Shown here: piece by piece, positions 1 through 10,139 of the stretch
Layout of the letters: every line of letters starts with the position of its first letter
How positions within the stretch are numbered: the first letter of the stretch is position 1
Origin: Nitrospinota bacterium
GTDB taxonomy: Bacteria > Nitrospinota > Nitrospinia > Nitrospinales > JACRGP01
Length of the DNA: 64,000 bases
Assembly (NCBI GenBank): GCA_016207065.1
Contig: JACQQK010000178.1
Location: 5,740-69,739 of the forward strand
Direction: 5' to 3'
The notes under the pieces: generated by a model
What the model was told of the DNA's origin: nothing
The model's input: the letters and a program-made list of their open reading frames with translations, nothing else
The model's database searches: none
Translations under genes and position numbers: made by a program

Positions 1-1273
1 GTCGCGAACATGAACATGCCCGTCATGGACGGCCTCGGGCTCATCAAGGCCCTGCGGCGGAGGTCCAGAGCGAAGTCCCCATCATCATCCTTACTGGCAA
101 CAACGAGGTTTCCGTGGCGATAAACTCCTTGAAAGCCGGCGCGAACGACTACCTCCTCAAGGACGAAATCATACAGGATATCTTGTTCCTGTCCATCGAC
201 CGCGTCCTGGAAAGCAAGCGGATGGCGGACCAAAACCGCCAATTGATGGCGGACATCCAGCGGGTCAACAAGGAACTGGAAATCGTCGTGGGCAAGATGA
301 CGGAGATCGGCGCCGCCCTCTCCTCCGAAAAGGATTTCCCGAAGCTCCTGGAAATGATCGTCTCCCATGCCCGTTCGGTCGCCAACGCCGACATCGGGAC
401 CTTGTATCTGGTGGAGAACAATTTCCTGCGTTTCGTGATCATTCAAAACGACACGATGAAGGTCCGCATGGGAGGCAGGGCGGGCGATAAAATCCCGTAT
501 CCCCCCGTCGAGATAACCGAAGCGAACGTCTCGGGATTTGTCGCGTTGAAAGGGGAGCCGGTCAATATCGAGGACGTTTATCATTCCGACCTTTTCGATT
601 TCACCGGCCCCAAGAATTTCGACATTCGGACCGGATACAGGTCCAAATCGATGCTGGTGGTCCCCTTGAAAAACCACGAGAACGACGTGATCGGGGTCCT
701 GCAACTGTTGAATGCCACCGACCCGGCCAGCGGCGAAACGATCGCGTTTCTTAAAGACGCCGAAAGCCTTGCCGCGTCCATCGCGTCCCAGGCGGCCGTG
801 GCCGTCACCAACGCCTTGTTGGTCCGCGATATGGAAAGACTGTTCGAGGCATCCGTCGAGGTCATGGCCACGGCGATCGACAAAAAATCGCCCGTCACCG
901 GCGGCCATATCCGCAGGATGACGGAGTTGACCCTGGCAATGGCAGGGGAAGTCGACGCTCAGAAGGAGGGCCCTTTCAAGGACGTCGAATTCGACCCCGA
1001 TAAAATGAACCTGCTGAAAATCGCCGCCTTGATGCACGATATCGGCAAGGTGACGACGCCGGTCGAAATCATCGAGAAAGGCAAGAAACTGCAGACGATC
1101 TTCGACCGCATTGGGTTGGTCCGGATCCGGATCCAATACGCCGCCCGACTGGCGGCCATCGACGGCTATAAAACAAAGGCGAACTCGATGCCGACTTGGT
1201 GGAACTGTTCATCGAAAACAAGGTCTACGAGCGATACAAGAAACGGTGCGAGGAGTGCGCCGCCGCCGAATAG
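1..1273 (+). pseudogene. Response regulator (receiver, partial at left edge) - GAF - HD-type phosphohydrolase (HD-GYP-family-like); frame broken twice
   Basis: Frame 1 reads 'NMPVMDGLGLIKALRR', then frame 3 reads 'EVPIIILTGNNEVSVAINSLKAGANDYLLKD' (receiver motifs). A GAF-like middle follows, then 'GGHIRRMTEL...AALMHDIGKVTTP' (HD motif). The family-typical tail 'ELDADLVELFIENKVYERYKKRCEECAAAE*' is only in frame 2 (stop 1271-1273). Shifts lie near 55-65 and at the A4 run 1170-1173. No HHExxDGxGYP segment is visible. Confidence 0.6.
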
Positions 1274-1284
1274 GGGGGCGATAA

Positions 1285-2040
1285 TCAAATCTCTTCTTGT
1301 TCGTAAAAAACCTCGACCAGGCACAGCCCCTGGGGTTGGGCCGTCGGGCCGGCCTTCGCCCGGTCGCGGGACTCCAGGATCTCGCGTATGCGTTCGGGGA
1401 CCATCCTGCCCTTCCCCACCTCCACAAGCGATCCCACGATATTGCGCACCATGTATTTCAAAAACCCGTTCCCCTCGAATTCGAGGACGATGAAGGCCCC
1501 CGCCTCCCGGCGAATATCGAGCGAGAGGATTTCGCGGACCGGGCTTCGCGCCTCGCAGTTGCCGGCGCGGAAGGCGGAAAAATCGTGCCTGCCGACCAGA
1601 TGACGCGCGGCCCCGCGCATGGCGTCCACGTCCAGGGAGAAGGGGACGTACCAGGAGCGGCTGTAGGCGAACGCGGACGGGTAGTCCCGGTTCAAAATGG
1701 TATAGCGGTATTTTTTCCCGACCGCCGAGCGGCGGGCGTCGAAATCGGGCGGCGCCTCCCGCACCCGCCGGACAACAATGTCGCGCGGCAAAAGGCTGTT
1801 CAAGGCTTTTAAAAACTGCCGTTCGGTCATGCTCGACTCGGTCGAGAAATGCGCCACCTGCCCTTCCGCGTGGACCCCCGCGTCGGTCCTCCCCGACCCG
1901 ATCACGCAGGTCTTTTGTTTGGTGATGCGTTCGATGGTATCTTGCAGGACCTCCTGAATGGAAACCCCGTTGGGCTGGACTTGCCACCCGTGATAACGGG
2001 TGCCGTCGTATTCGAGAACCAGTTTCAGCTTGCGCATCAA
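1285..2040 (-). CDS. truA: tRNA pseudouridine(38-40) synthase TruA
   Basis: 251-aa ORF 'KLKLVLEYDGTRYHGWQVQPNGVSIQEVL...GSGRTDAGVHAEGQVAHF', with the TruA catalytic RTDAGVH motif. Convergent with the upstream regulator gene. Confidence 0.9.
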   Translation of the reverse strand: MMRKLKLVLEYDGTRYHGWQVQPNGVSIQEVLQDTIERITKQKTCVIGSGRTDAGVHAEGQVAHFSTESSMTERQFLKALNSLLPRDIVVRRVREAPPDFDARRSAVGKKYRYTILNRDYPSAFAYSRSWYVPFSLDVDAMRGAARHLVGRHDFSAFRAGNCEARSPVREILSLDIRREAGAFIVLEFEGNGFLKYMVRNIVGSLVEVGKGRMVPERIREILESRDRAKAGPTAQPQGLCLVEVFYEQEEI

Positions 2041-2062
2041 ATTGAGACTTTCGAAAAAAAAT

Positions 2063-2102
2063 ACAAAAAAAACGCGTAGTCTAGAATCCTACGCGTTTTT
2101 TC
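2063..2102. terminator. Bidirectional rho-independent terminator-like hairpin
   Basis: Stem aacgcgtag (2071-2079) pairs with ctacgcgtt (2089-2097) around a 9-nt loop. An A-run lies on the left and a T-run on the right, so it reads as hairpin plus U-tract on either strand. Confidence 0.55.
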
Positions 2103-2521
2103 CTCGTTTGGCCCGGTCTCATAATTGGACCGGGTACGTTCATACTTAGGTACAAACCTTAGAATTTATTTTTTTTATACTCGAAAGGTGGTTTCAAGCT
2201 CCTCTATACAACCTCCCTATAAAGGTTGGTATTCGTCTCTGCAATAGAAATATATTCCCTGATCCCGAATTCGCAACATTTTTTTCACGGTTTTTGCCGT
2301 TTTTTTGGCGAGAACACAATCAAAATAAATAAAAACAATTAGTTGCGAATAAAAAATCAAACCGTTTTCTTATACAATTCTAATAATAGGTTTTTAATAT
2401 AAACTCCGTATTTGGGGAAAGGTTTCCGATCGCGACTTCCCGAAAACGGTCCGGGAAATACGTTAAGCGCTACGGTTACCCCCTCACGGAATTTCAACCC
2501 AACATAGAGATACCAAAGGAT

Positions 2522-4030
2522 ATGCCCGTCATTGCGGCTGTGGATATCGGCGCCAATGCCATGCGCTTGCTCGTGGGTAGCGTGGACCGGAACCGGCGTA
2601 TCGAGGCGATCGAGCGAGGCCGCGAACCCGTCCGGTTGGGTCATGACACCTTCCTGAAGGGTTCGATCTCCGAGCAGACGACCCGGCGCGCTCTCGACGC
2701 GCTGTACCGGTTCCGAAAGACGATGGAGAAGCACGGCGTCGCGAGGTCGAAAATCGTGGCGACCAGCGCGTTGCGCGAGGCGTCCAATCGCGACGCTTTT
2801 GTCGCCCAGATCGCCAGGGAACTGGGGATGGACATCGCCGTGATCGGAGCTGAGGAGGAAGCCCGGCTGATCCATCTCGCCGTCCGCGACAAGATCGAAA
2901 CGCAGAAAAAACTGGCCTTGCTCGTCGATATCGGCGGGGGAAGCGTGGAAATCACCCTCGCCTCCGACGGGCAGATCGCTTCGACGGCCAGTTTCTCCCT
3001 TGGGGCGGTCCGTCTCATGTGCATGCTGAAGGAAAACAACCGCGACGAACGCGAGTTCCACCAGATGGTCCACGAGTACGTCGGCGCCCTGCGGAAACAT
3101 CTCAAAAAAGAGATCGGGAGCCAGAAAATCGACCTCTGCGTCGGGACCGGCGGAAATATCGAGTCCCTCGGCGACCTCCGCAAGCGCCTGCTCGGGAAAG
3201 ACACCGACGCCATGATCGACGCGGACGAACTCAACGTCCTGGTCCGGAAGCTTCAAGGCGCCTCGCTGGAGGACCGTATCCGGGAGATGGGACTGCGCCC
3301 GGACCGGGCCGACGCGATCGTCCCCGCCTCCATCGTATTGCAACGGATCGTCAAGCATGCGGACGTCCGGGAAATCGCGGTGCCCCACGTCGGCGTGCGG
3401 GAAGGCCTTCTCCTCGACATGTGGGCCAACCTTTACGACAGCCAGAGTTCCCTTCACCGGGAATAGGTCCTCAGGTGCGCGAGACAGATCGGCAGGAAAT
3501 ACGATTTTGACGAGCCGCACTCCGAGACTGTCGCCCGGTTGGCCGGCAAGCTCTTCGACGCGACCCTGGATCTCCACAACCTCGGCGGGGAGGAGCGTCT
3601 CCTCCTGGAGACCGCCGCGCTTCTGCACGATATCGGGCATTTCGTCAACGTCTCAAAACACCACAAACACACCTATTATCTGTTGACCTCGACGCCGATC
3701 GTCGATTTGAGCGAAACGCAGATGGCGATCGTGGCCAACGTCGCGCGTTATCACCGCATGGCCCTGCCCAACCCGCGCCATGACGGGTACGCGGCGCTCC
3801 CGCCACGCGACCGCGCCGTCGTCTCGAAACTCGCGGCGCTGTTGCGGGTCGCCGACGCCATGGATACCGAACACGAAGCCCGCGTGGCGGATTTCTCGCT
3901 GGAAATAGCCAGTCCCCAGTGCGTCCTCCGCCTCAAGGGCGAGGGGGACCTTTTGCTCGAAAAATGGAAAATAACCAAAAAGTCCGCCTTGTTTGAGGAA
4001 GTATTCAACCTGAAACTTCTCGTCGAATAA
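2522..4030 (+). pseudogene. ppx: Exopolyphosphatase / GppA phosphatase (Ppx/GppA) interrupted by one in-frame TAG
   Basis: N-terminal part 'VIAAVDIGANAMRLLVG...IVATSALREASNRDAF...LLVDIGGGSVEI' (ASKHA fold). C-terminal part 'LLETAALLHDIGHFVNVSKHHKHTYYL...ARYHR' (HD-like). Both parts are in frame 2, separated only by TAG at 3464-3466. Confidence 0.8.
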
Positions 4031-4041
4031 ATGAGAACGTC

Positions 4042-4766
4042 ATGATTCAATTCCGATTGAAACCGGGGGAAACTCCAGGCAAGCTCATCGCGGCGGAGGG
4101 CTTGGACGGCTCGGGGAAGTCCACACAGATTTACCTCCTCAAACGCTGGCTCGAGCTCGAGGGACATAAAGTGGCGTTCACCGAGTGGAACTCGTCGGCC
4201 CTCGTCAAGGACGCGACCCGCAAAGGGAAAAAACGCCAGATCCTCACGCCGACCACGTTCTCGCTGATCCACGGAACGGACTTCGCCGACCGGTACGAAC
4301 GCCAGATCCTGCCGCTGTTGCGCGGCGGTTACATCGTTCTGGCCGACCGGTACATTTACACCTTGATGGCCCGGGACATTGTCCGCGGGGCCAACCCGGA
4401 CTGGATCAAGGAGGTATACAGCATCGCGATCGTCCCGGACGCCGTCTTCTACCTGTCGGCCCCCCCAGGACGCTTGCCGAGCGCAACCTGCGCAAGAATT
4501 CGGTCCTGGATTATTGGGAATCGGGGATGGACGTCCGCCGGTCGGGCGATATGTACGAATGCTTCATCCGGTACCAATCGCAACTGCAAAGGATTTTCCG
4601 CTGGATGCGGAAAATCTACGGGTTTCAGACCATCAACGGAGCCCGGATGATTCAGACCATTTCCTACGAACTTCAAGCCAGGATCCAGGGCATGCTGGCC
4701 TCCATTCCTGTTCAACCCCGTCCCGGCCAAAGCGAGACCATGATCGAAAAAAGAGAACAAGAATGA
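4042..4766 (+). pseudogene. Thymidylate-kinase-family P-loop kinase, frameshifted at a C7 run
   Basis: 'AAEGLDGSGKSTQ' P-loop and 'LADRYIYT' motif. The frame changes at the C7 run 4460-4466, and one extra C restores '...FYLSAPPRTLAERNLRKNSVLDYWESG...'. Confidence 0.6.
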
Positions 4767-5162
4767 CTAAAATCGACCCGAAACCAGCCTCGCCATCCAT
4801 AAAAGATCCGGCGAAACAACCGCGCGCGTCCGTAAAAACGCCGTCCGAACAAACGGTCTTGCGGCGGTATGGGGACGTTCTGATCAAATTAGAACGCCTG
4901 CGATCGGCGACCCGGGACTTGACCCGGGCCTACACCGCCAACCTCGAGCGCGACATCCTCGAAATCATGGACCTCGTTCGAAGCGTTAAGGCTCCGGAAC
5001 GACCGGAGAAAAAAAAACAACGCCTCCATAATTGAAAATATAACGGGGACCCTTGAAGAGCTTTCATTCAAACCCGAGAAAGGGCGGCGTAGCGATTTGA
5101 AAAAAATCGAAAAAACCGTCCAGGCGATGCGGCGGACTCTCTCCAAGGAAAAAATGGAATAA
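4763..5162 (+). pseudogene. Hypothetical protein, frameshifted at an A9 run
   Basis: ATG at 4763 overlaps the preceding stop. The frame changes at A9 (5009-5017), and A11 or A8 would join '...APERPEKKK' to 'IIENITGTLEELSFKPEKGRRSDLKKIEKTVQAMRRTLSKEKME*'. No family recognised. Confidence 0.35.
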
Positions 5163-5214
5163 CGCCCCCTCCCGCCAACATACCGTCGTTTTTTCATGGG
5201 GCGGGGCGAATAAG

Positions 5215-5243
5215 TTGATAACCCGGCGGATTTTATATATCAT
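5215..5243 (+). promoter_or_regulatory. Sigma70-type promoter candidate for the Mrp-like gene
   Basis: TTGATA (5215-5220), 17-nt spacer, TATCAT (5238-5243), about 57 nt upstream of the ATG at 5300. Confidence 0.4.
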
Positions 5244-5299
5244 GAATCATCCGGCTGAATTAACTCATATCGTTTCATTCCCATATAAGGAATCTTTCC

Positions 5300-6196
5300 A
5301 TGAAAACATACCATGACCTCGCGGGCGACGGGGGGTCGAATATCATCGCGCAGGTGGTTTCGCAGAGGGAGAAACTCCGGTCGCGCCTGGACAAAATCAA
5401 GCATAAGATCTCCCTGATGAGCGGCAAGGGCGGGGTCGGCAAAAGCTCCATCACGGCCAACATGGCCGCCTGCCTCGCGGACCGCGGCTACCGGGTAGGC
5501 ATCCTGGACGCCGACCTCAACGGGCCGAGCATCGGGCATCTCCTGGGCGTGGGCAACGACCGCAAACTCACGATCGACGAAAACGGCGTGGCCCCGGGCG
5601 TCGGCGCCATGGGGATCAAATTCATGTCCATGGACATGTTGCTACCCACCCCCGACTCCCCCGTCATGTGGACGGAAGAGGCCGGCGGGACCGCCGCCTG
5701 GGTCAGCACGATGGAGTCCACGGCCCTGCGGGAACTCTTGATGGACACTCAATGGGGCGAGTTGGACTATCTCCTGATCGACATGCCTCCGGGGAGCGAC
5801 CGCATCGACAACGTCCGCGACCTGATCCCGGAGCTGGAGGGAGTCGTGGAAATCACCATCCCCTCCCCCGTTTCCCAACACATCGTTTCCAAATCCATCA
5901 CCAAGAACAGCAAGATGGGCGTGCCCATCATCGGCCTGGTGGAAAACATGGCGACCTACGTCTGCCCGCATTGCGAACAGGAAGGCAAGCTGTTCGAGGG
6001 GGAAGACGTCCGGAAGCTCGCGCAGAGCAAGGAGATCCCCTTCATCGGCAAGATCCCCTTCGACACGCGCATATCCCGCAAGACGGCGTCGGGAACGTTG
6101 TTCTACGCCGAAAACAAGGAGTCGGTCACCGGCAAGGCCATCGCCGCCGCGGTCGACAACATCCTCAAATTCATCGATAAGAACTCGAAGAGGTAA
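5300..6196 (+). CDS. Mrp/NBP35-family P-loop ATPase (Fe-S cluster carrier-like)
   Basis: 'SGKGGVGKSSITANMAACLA', 'ILDADLNGPS', 'DYLLIDMPPG' and 'CPHCEQE' (CxxC) motifs. Confidence 0.85.
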   Translation: MKTYHDLAGDGGSNIIAQVVSQREKLRSRLDKIKHKISLMSGKGGVGKSSITANMAACLADRGYRVGILDADLNGPSIGHLLGVGNDRKLTIDENGVAPGVGAMGIKFMSMDMLLPTPDSPVMWTEEAGGTAAWVSTMESTALRELLMDTQWGELDYLLIDMPPGSDRIDNVRDLIPELEGVVEITIPSPVSQHIVSKSITKNSKMGVPIIGLVENMATYVCPHCEQEGKLFEGEDVRKLAQSKEIPFIGKIPFDTRISRKTASGTLFYAENKESVTGKAIAAAVDNILKFIDKNSKR

Positions 6197-6199
6197 ACA

Positions 6200-6637
6200 A
6201 TGAAATTTCTTTGCGTCCCCTGCGACGAACAGATGCAAACCCAAACCGACGGCATCATGCCGGCGGAAGCCAAGAATATATCCCTGAAGTTCAAATGCCC
6301 CAAGTGCAACCATACGATCGCCATGCTCACCAACCAGTTCGAGACGGAGTTCGTGAGCAAGATCGGCGTGGAACTGGGCGGTCAATCGGCGGTCGGCTCC
6401 GGCCCGTTGAGCATGGTCGGGTCGCAACTGGCCCAGGGCAAGGAAGAGTTGAAGCAGACCGTCATGAAGGACGAGGACTTCGAATGGACCGAGGAAGCCA
6501 AGGTCCGCATCGGCCGGGTCCCCTTCTTCGTCCGGAACATGGCGAAAAAAACCGTGATCGGCTTCGCGCGCGAACGGGGCATCAAGGTGATCGACGCGAA
6601 ACTGATGGACGAGGTGCGCGAAAAGGTGGGGATGTGA
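6200..6637 (+). CDS. Zinc-ribbon protein with C-terminal PCP-reductase-like domain
   Basis: N-terminal 'CVPCDEQ...CPKCNH' (4-Cys ribbon). The C-terminal 'WTEEAKVRIGRVPFFVRNMAKKTVIGFARERGIKVIDAKLMDEV' resembles the PCP_red domain pattern (recollection). Sits 4 nt after the Mrp-like gene. Confidence 0.55.
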   Translation: MKFLCVPCDEQMQTQTDGIMPAEAKNISLKFKCPKCNHTIAMLTNQFETEFVSKIGVELGGQSAVGSGPLSMVGSQLAQGKEELKQTVMKDEDFEWTEEAKVRIGRVPFFVRNMAKKTVIGFARERGIKVIDAKLMDEVREKVGM

Positions 6638-6665
6638 GCCCAACCTGAATGAACGGAAAACTCAA

Positions 6666-6708
6666 AGCGGCAAGCTCTCCCCGCGCAACTGCGCGAGAGC
6701 TTGCCGCT
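6666..6708. terminator. Strong hairpin between convergent genes
   Basis: A 14-bp stem, agcggcaagctctc (6666-6679) with gagagcttgccgct (6695-6708). T-rich sequence follows on both strands. Confidence 0.55.
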
Positions 6709-6752
6709 GTTTGCGGGGGAAAACATTAGCGTACCAATACGTTTTGGAATCG

Positions 6753-9700
6753 TTACTCCGCTTCCGAAATTATTTTCAATCCTTCAATCCAAACTTTCAT
6801 CTCTTTCCCCGCAATCTCCCCTTCCTTCAATTCCTTTTCCTGATGGGCAATATATGTATTGCGAAATTCGTTGATCCTCTCCACCAAGGCCAAAATATCT
6901 CTTCCCCCTTTGACTTGGAATCTTTTTCTTACGGCTTCAAAGACACCTCCGATTTTGGTTTTGTCGTTTAGGGCAAAATCCAAACAGGAGCGCAAAAGCC
7001 CAATGGGAGAAACCCCATTTTTAAAAACCAACGTCCGTTTGAGATTTTGCGCCAAGCCTTGGTAATACTTTTGCATCTTGAAGTCAACTTTGCCGTAGTA
7101 GGGTTCAAACCAGTCCTTTTGCGCTGGAATGTTTGTTGGCATTTCCGGGGAAAGACGGCGGTCTACCAAGCCGCGCGTGGCTTCATCCAATGAACCGAAA
7201 AGAGCGGTAAAGACGGGAGCAAAGTTCATTTCCTTGTTTTCGAAGAATTTAAACAAAGTTATCGCTTCTTCCGACGCTTTTTTGTACCGGGAGGGCAACG
7301 CCTTCAACATATCCGGGTCGATAAAATCCCCGGTTGCCGGGGCCTCTTCTTCCCAAACGATGGTCATTTGAGGGCCCTCGGTCTCTTTCAGCAAATCCTG
7401 CAAGGCCGGATTGCACGAGCGGGTCAACTCAGAAAGTTCCGCTCCCGTCAACCGCTCAAAAACGCCTTGTTGGACGTAAACATATTCCCATTGAATTTCC
7501 CCGGTCGAGGCGGAGCGGCACCAGGCGACAGCGGCGCGGGCTTTTAAAGGGACATCTCTATCCTCCCGGCCCTTGGTTTCTATCAAGTAGTAATTTCCAT
7601 CCTTATTCCGTGCAAAGAAATCCGGCGTATAGAAGGCCAGTCTTTTCCCATCTGTCAGATAGTCGATTCGGAGACATTGGGGGCCTTGATTTTTCGCGAA
7701 TGCTTTAATGTCGGGGGCGCGATCCAGAAACTGGGTCATCGCTACTTCCAATTCCCGGTTGCATGGAACAAGATTGAAAAGGGTCCTTGTCGCCCCAAGG
7801 GCCGGTCTTCGTTCATTGTGCGTGGCTGGATAGGGTTTCCAGTTGGCTAAAGATAGGCTGATTTTTTCCTTTTTCCTCGGCCCGGTTTTTATGGTCCGTT
7901 CGCGGATGAGCGGAACGAAAGTGGCGCGCACATGCTCGTGGACGTCCGAATCGGAAAGACGGGCAACCAAGTGGGGATCGTCTAAAGTGGTTCTCCGTTC
8001 AAAAAGAATTTCCTCCAGAAAAGTCTGTATCAAAGGCGCCAGCGTTTGGTGCGTTCCCCGGAGTTTGCAAACATGCTCCAACTCGGTCACGAAATAAGAC
8101 ACCGCCCCAAACCCGGATTCCAGGAGCGGCAAACGGATTCTCATTTTCTCGACGATCTCTCCGGTAAACAAGGCCCTGCCTTCGTATTCGATTTCAGTAT
8201 TCCCTTTCGCGCCCAACGGCAACGGTTTGAAACGCTTGAAAGCCTTCTTGACATCCTCCAAGGTCAAACCTTCCAGTTTTGGGACGGGCCTGTGCTCCGG
8301 CGTCAGGATGGGTATTTGAATGTCCAGCTTCTTTAAGTCTTTCTTGGGGTCGGGAAATATGGAAACCGTGGTCGAGGGAATTTTGTCGATGTCGATGATT
8401 TCCACTGGCAACCCCTCATGGGCCAGTTCCTGCTGATACAAACTGGAAAAGGCGGGATGCTCCACCACCGTCACCAGTTCATGCGCCTGGCCCGAAGGCG
8501 TCATGCGCCGCAATCCCCGCCCCAGGGTTTGCTCCGGTAAAATATTGGCCTTGGAACTGTACGGGCGAAGAGGAACGATGGTGGTGACATTCCGGACGTC
8601 CCAGCCTTCCCGCAACATCAATACGGAAACAATACAACGATGCGGACTGACGTTGGAATCGAGTTCCCGGCTTAACTTTCTAAGGGCCTTTAAATCCTCG
8701 TCGCTAATTTCTTTTTCGTCTTCGACAAATACCTGGCTTTTGCTTTGTCCCCGGCCAACGGTTTTGACTTTTCCTTTCAGGTTGGTGTGCAGATTGATGG
8801 TCTTTCCGTTCAATTCCTTAAATGCCTCGTCCGTATTCAGTCTTTGGGAAATTTCGTCCGCCGCCTGGGTGTCGTCGCACATCACAAAGAGCAGGGCCTT
8901 CTTGCCGCTTTTTTCCCATTCCTCCCGGCTGGCTTTCCAGCGCTCGTACCCGATCCGCAAATGTTGCTCGTATTTGTAGGCGGCGTTTGGGTCGGAGCGA
9001 TCAACCAGTTTGCCGCTCTTCCCGATCACGGGGGTCTTGACGATGCCGCCGTCCACCGCCTCTCCCAAAGGGGAGTCGCAAACGACATGTTTGAAAACGT
9101 TCCCGCAGTTGTCCTTTGGCGTGGCGCTGAAATCGAGTTGGGCGACCAAGCCGCCGCCGGTCCTTTTGCGGACGGCATCGTGCAAATACTTGATGGCCTC
9201 GTTCCAGGCGGAATCGGGATCCCAAACGTGGTGGGCCTCGTCGTTCAACACCATCAATTTTCGATGTCCGGTGATCCTGTCCCTCAAGGACGCGCCCGTG
9301 TCCAAAGCCTTGGCCTTGGAAACCGGCGGTCCCATCCAGGGGTAGGACTCGGCCTCTTTCTTTTCCTTGCGCTTGTTGGGATTGTACAGTCTATGGATAT
9401 TGGTCAAATAGAGGACTCCGCCCGTTGCCGCTCCTCCGGCCTCGTCCTGCAACACGACCGACAGATTCCAGTCGCCGCGCCATTCCGTCGGGACCAAGGG
9501 ATCCTCGTCGAAAATCTTTCCATTTCCGAAATCCTCCTTGAGCCGTTCGAATACGGTAAGGTTGGGGGCAATCATGACAAAATGCCGGGCCATCGGAGAG
9601 TCGGATTCGCGCAAGGAGTGAAAGTAGCTCCATACCACGGCGAGGCTCATCACCTTGGTTTTGCCGCTTCCCGTCGCCAACTTGAAAGCGTACCGGGTCC

Positions 9701-10139
9701 AGGCGTCTTCCTCCTCGGTTATGCCGAGGGCGAGGGTTTCCGCGTTGGCGCCGCCATAACCAGCGAAAATCTGGGACAGATATTCCAGCTTGCGGACCTC
9801 TTTCAAATAAATGAGCGTCTCAATGGCCTCGCGCTGGCAAAAGTAGTAGCGGAATTCGAATTCGTCTCCAGCGGGCGTTGTCCGGATGTGGCTCCGGCCA
9901 AACCAGTACTCCAAAAGATAACGGGTGGTGTCGCTGACCCCGAAATAGGAGGATTCCCGCCATTGCGAAACCTCCGCTCGCAAATTCTGAGCAATGACGA
10001 CGGGGGATTTCCGCCTGCCTTTAACAATTTTGGCGGGCGCACCCGGTTCTTCCGACCGTATGCGGTGGGCGTCCGGTTCCTCCCAGGATTTATACAACGG
10101 TTCCAACGCGCCGGGGTTGACGACGGGGCTGGCATTCAT
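6753..10139 (-). CDS. res: Type III restriction enzyme Res subunit (SF2 helicase + PD-(D/E)xK nuclease) with ~250-aa C-terminal extension
   Basis: '[11 protein letters not shown]' (Walker A), 'LNDEAHHVW' (DEAH) and a nuclease core '[23 protein letters not shown]'. The start at ATG 10139 (MNASP...) overlaps the mod stop as ATGA. The C-terminal extension ends in '[15 protein letters not shown]'. Confidence 0.85.
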   Translation of the reverse strand: MNASPVVNPGALEPLYKSWEEPDAHRIRSEEPGAPAKIVKGRRKSPVVIAQNLRAEVSQWRESSYFGVSDTTRYLLEYWFGRSHIRTTPAGDEFEFRYYFCQREAIETLIYLKEVRKLEYLSQIFAGYGGANAETLALGITEEEDAWTRYAFKLATGSGKTKVMSLAVVWSYFHSLRESDSPMARHFVMIAPNLTVFERLKEDFGNGKIFDEDPLVPTEWRGDWNLSVVLQDEAGGAATGGVLYLTNIHRLYNPNKRKEKKEAESYPWMGPPVSKAKALDTGASLRDRITGHRKLMVLNDEAHHVWDPDSAWNEAIKYLHDAVRKRTGGGLVAQLDFSATPKDNCGNVFKHVVCDSPLGEAVDGGIVKTPVIGKSGKLVDRSDPNAAYKYEQHLRIGYERWKASREEWEKSGKKALLFVMCDDTQAADEISQRLNTDEAFKELNGKTINLHTNLKGKVKTVGRGQSKSQVFVEDEKEISDEDLKALRKLSRELDSNVSPHRCIVSVLMLREGWDVRNVTTIVPLRPYSSKANILPEQTLGRGLRRMTPSGQAHELVTVVEHPAFSSLYQQELAHEGLPVEIIDIDKIPSTTVSIFPDPKKDLKKLDIQIPILTPEHRPVPKLEGLTLEDVKKAFKRFKPLPLGAKGNTEIEYEGRALFTGEIVEKMRIRLPLLESGFGAVSYFVTELEHVCKLRGTHQTLAPLIQTFLEEILFERRTTLDDPHLVARLSDSDVHEHVRATFVPLIRERTIKTGPRKKEKISLSLANWKPYPATHNERRPALGATRTLFNLVPCNRELEVAMTQFLDRAPDIKAFAKNQGPQCLRIDYLTDGKRLAFYTPDFFARNKDGNYYLIETKGREDRDVPLKARAAVAWCRSASTGEIQWEYVYVQQGVFERLTGAELSELTRSCNPALQDLLKETEGPQMTIVWEEEAPATGDFIDPDMLKALPSRYKKASEEAITLFKFFENKEMNFAPVFTALFGSLDEATRGLVDRRLSPEMPTNIPAQKDWFEPYYGKVDFKMQKYYQGLAQNLKRTLVFKNGVSPIGLLRSCLDFALNDKTKIGGVFEAVRKRFQVKGGRDILALVERINEFRNTYIAHQEKELKEGEIAGKEMKVWIEGLKIISEAE

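Noticed and set aside
2357-3640. Long antisense or alternative-frame ORFs in the six-frame track, for example 2357-3640(-), 5642-6643(-), 8745-10208(+), 13310-14887(+), 16462-17448(-), 18256-19296(-), 24024-24866(-), 26151-28262(-), 47275-48276(-), 52396-54399(+), 54735-56660(+), 56892-58148(+), 60253-61455(+), 61296-62282(-) and 62647-63390(-)
   Set aside because: Each overlaps a gene with clear family motifs on the other strand or frame. Their translations are low-complexity and rich in Arg, Gly, Pro, Asp and His, as expected for shadow ORFs in high-GC DNA.
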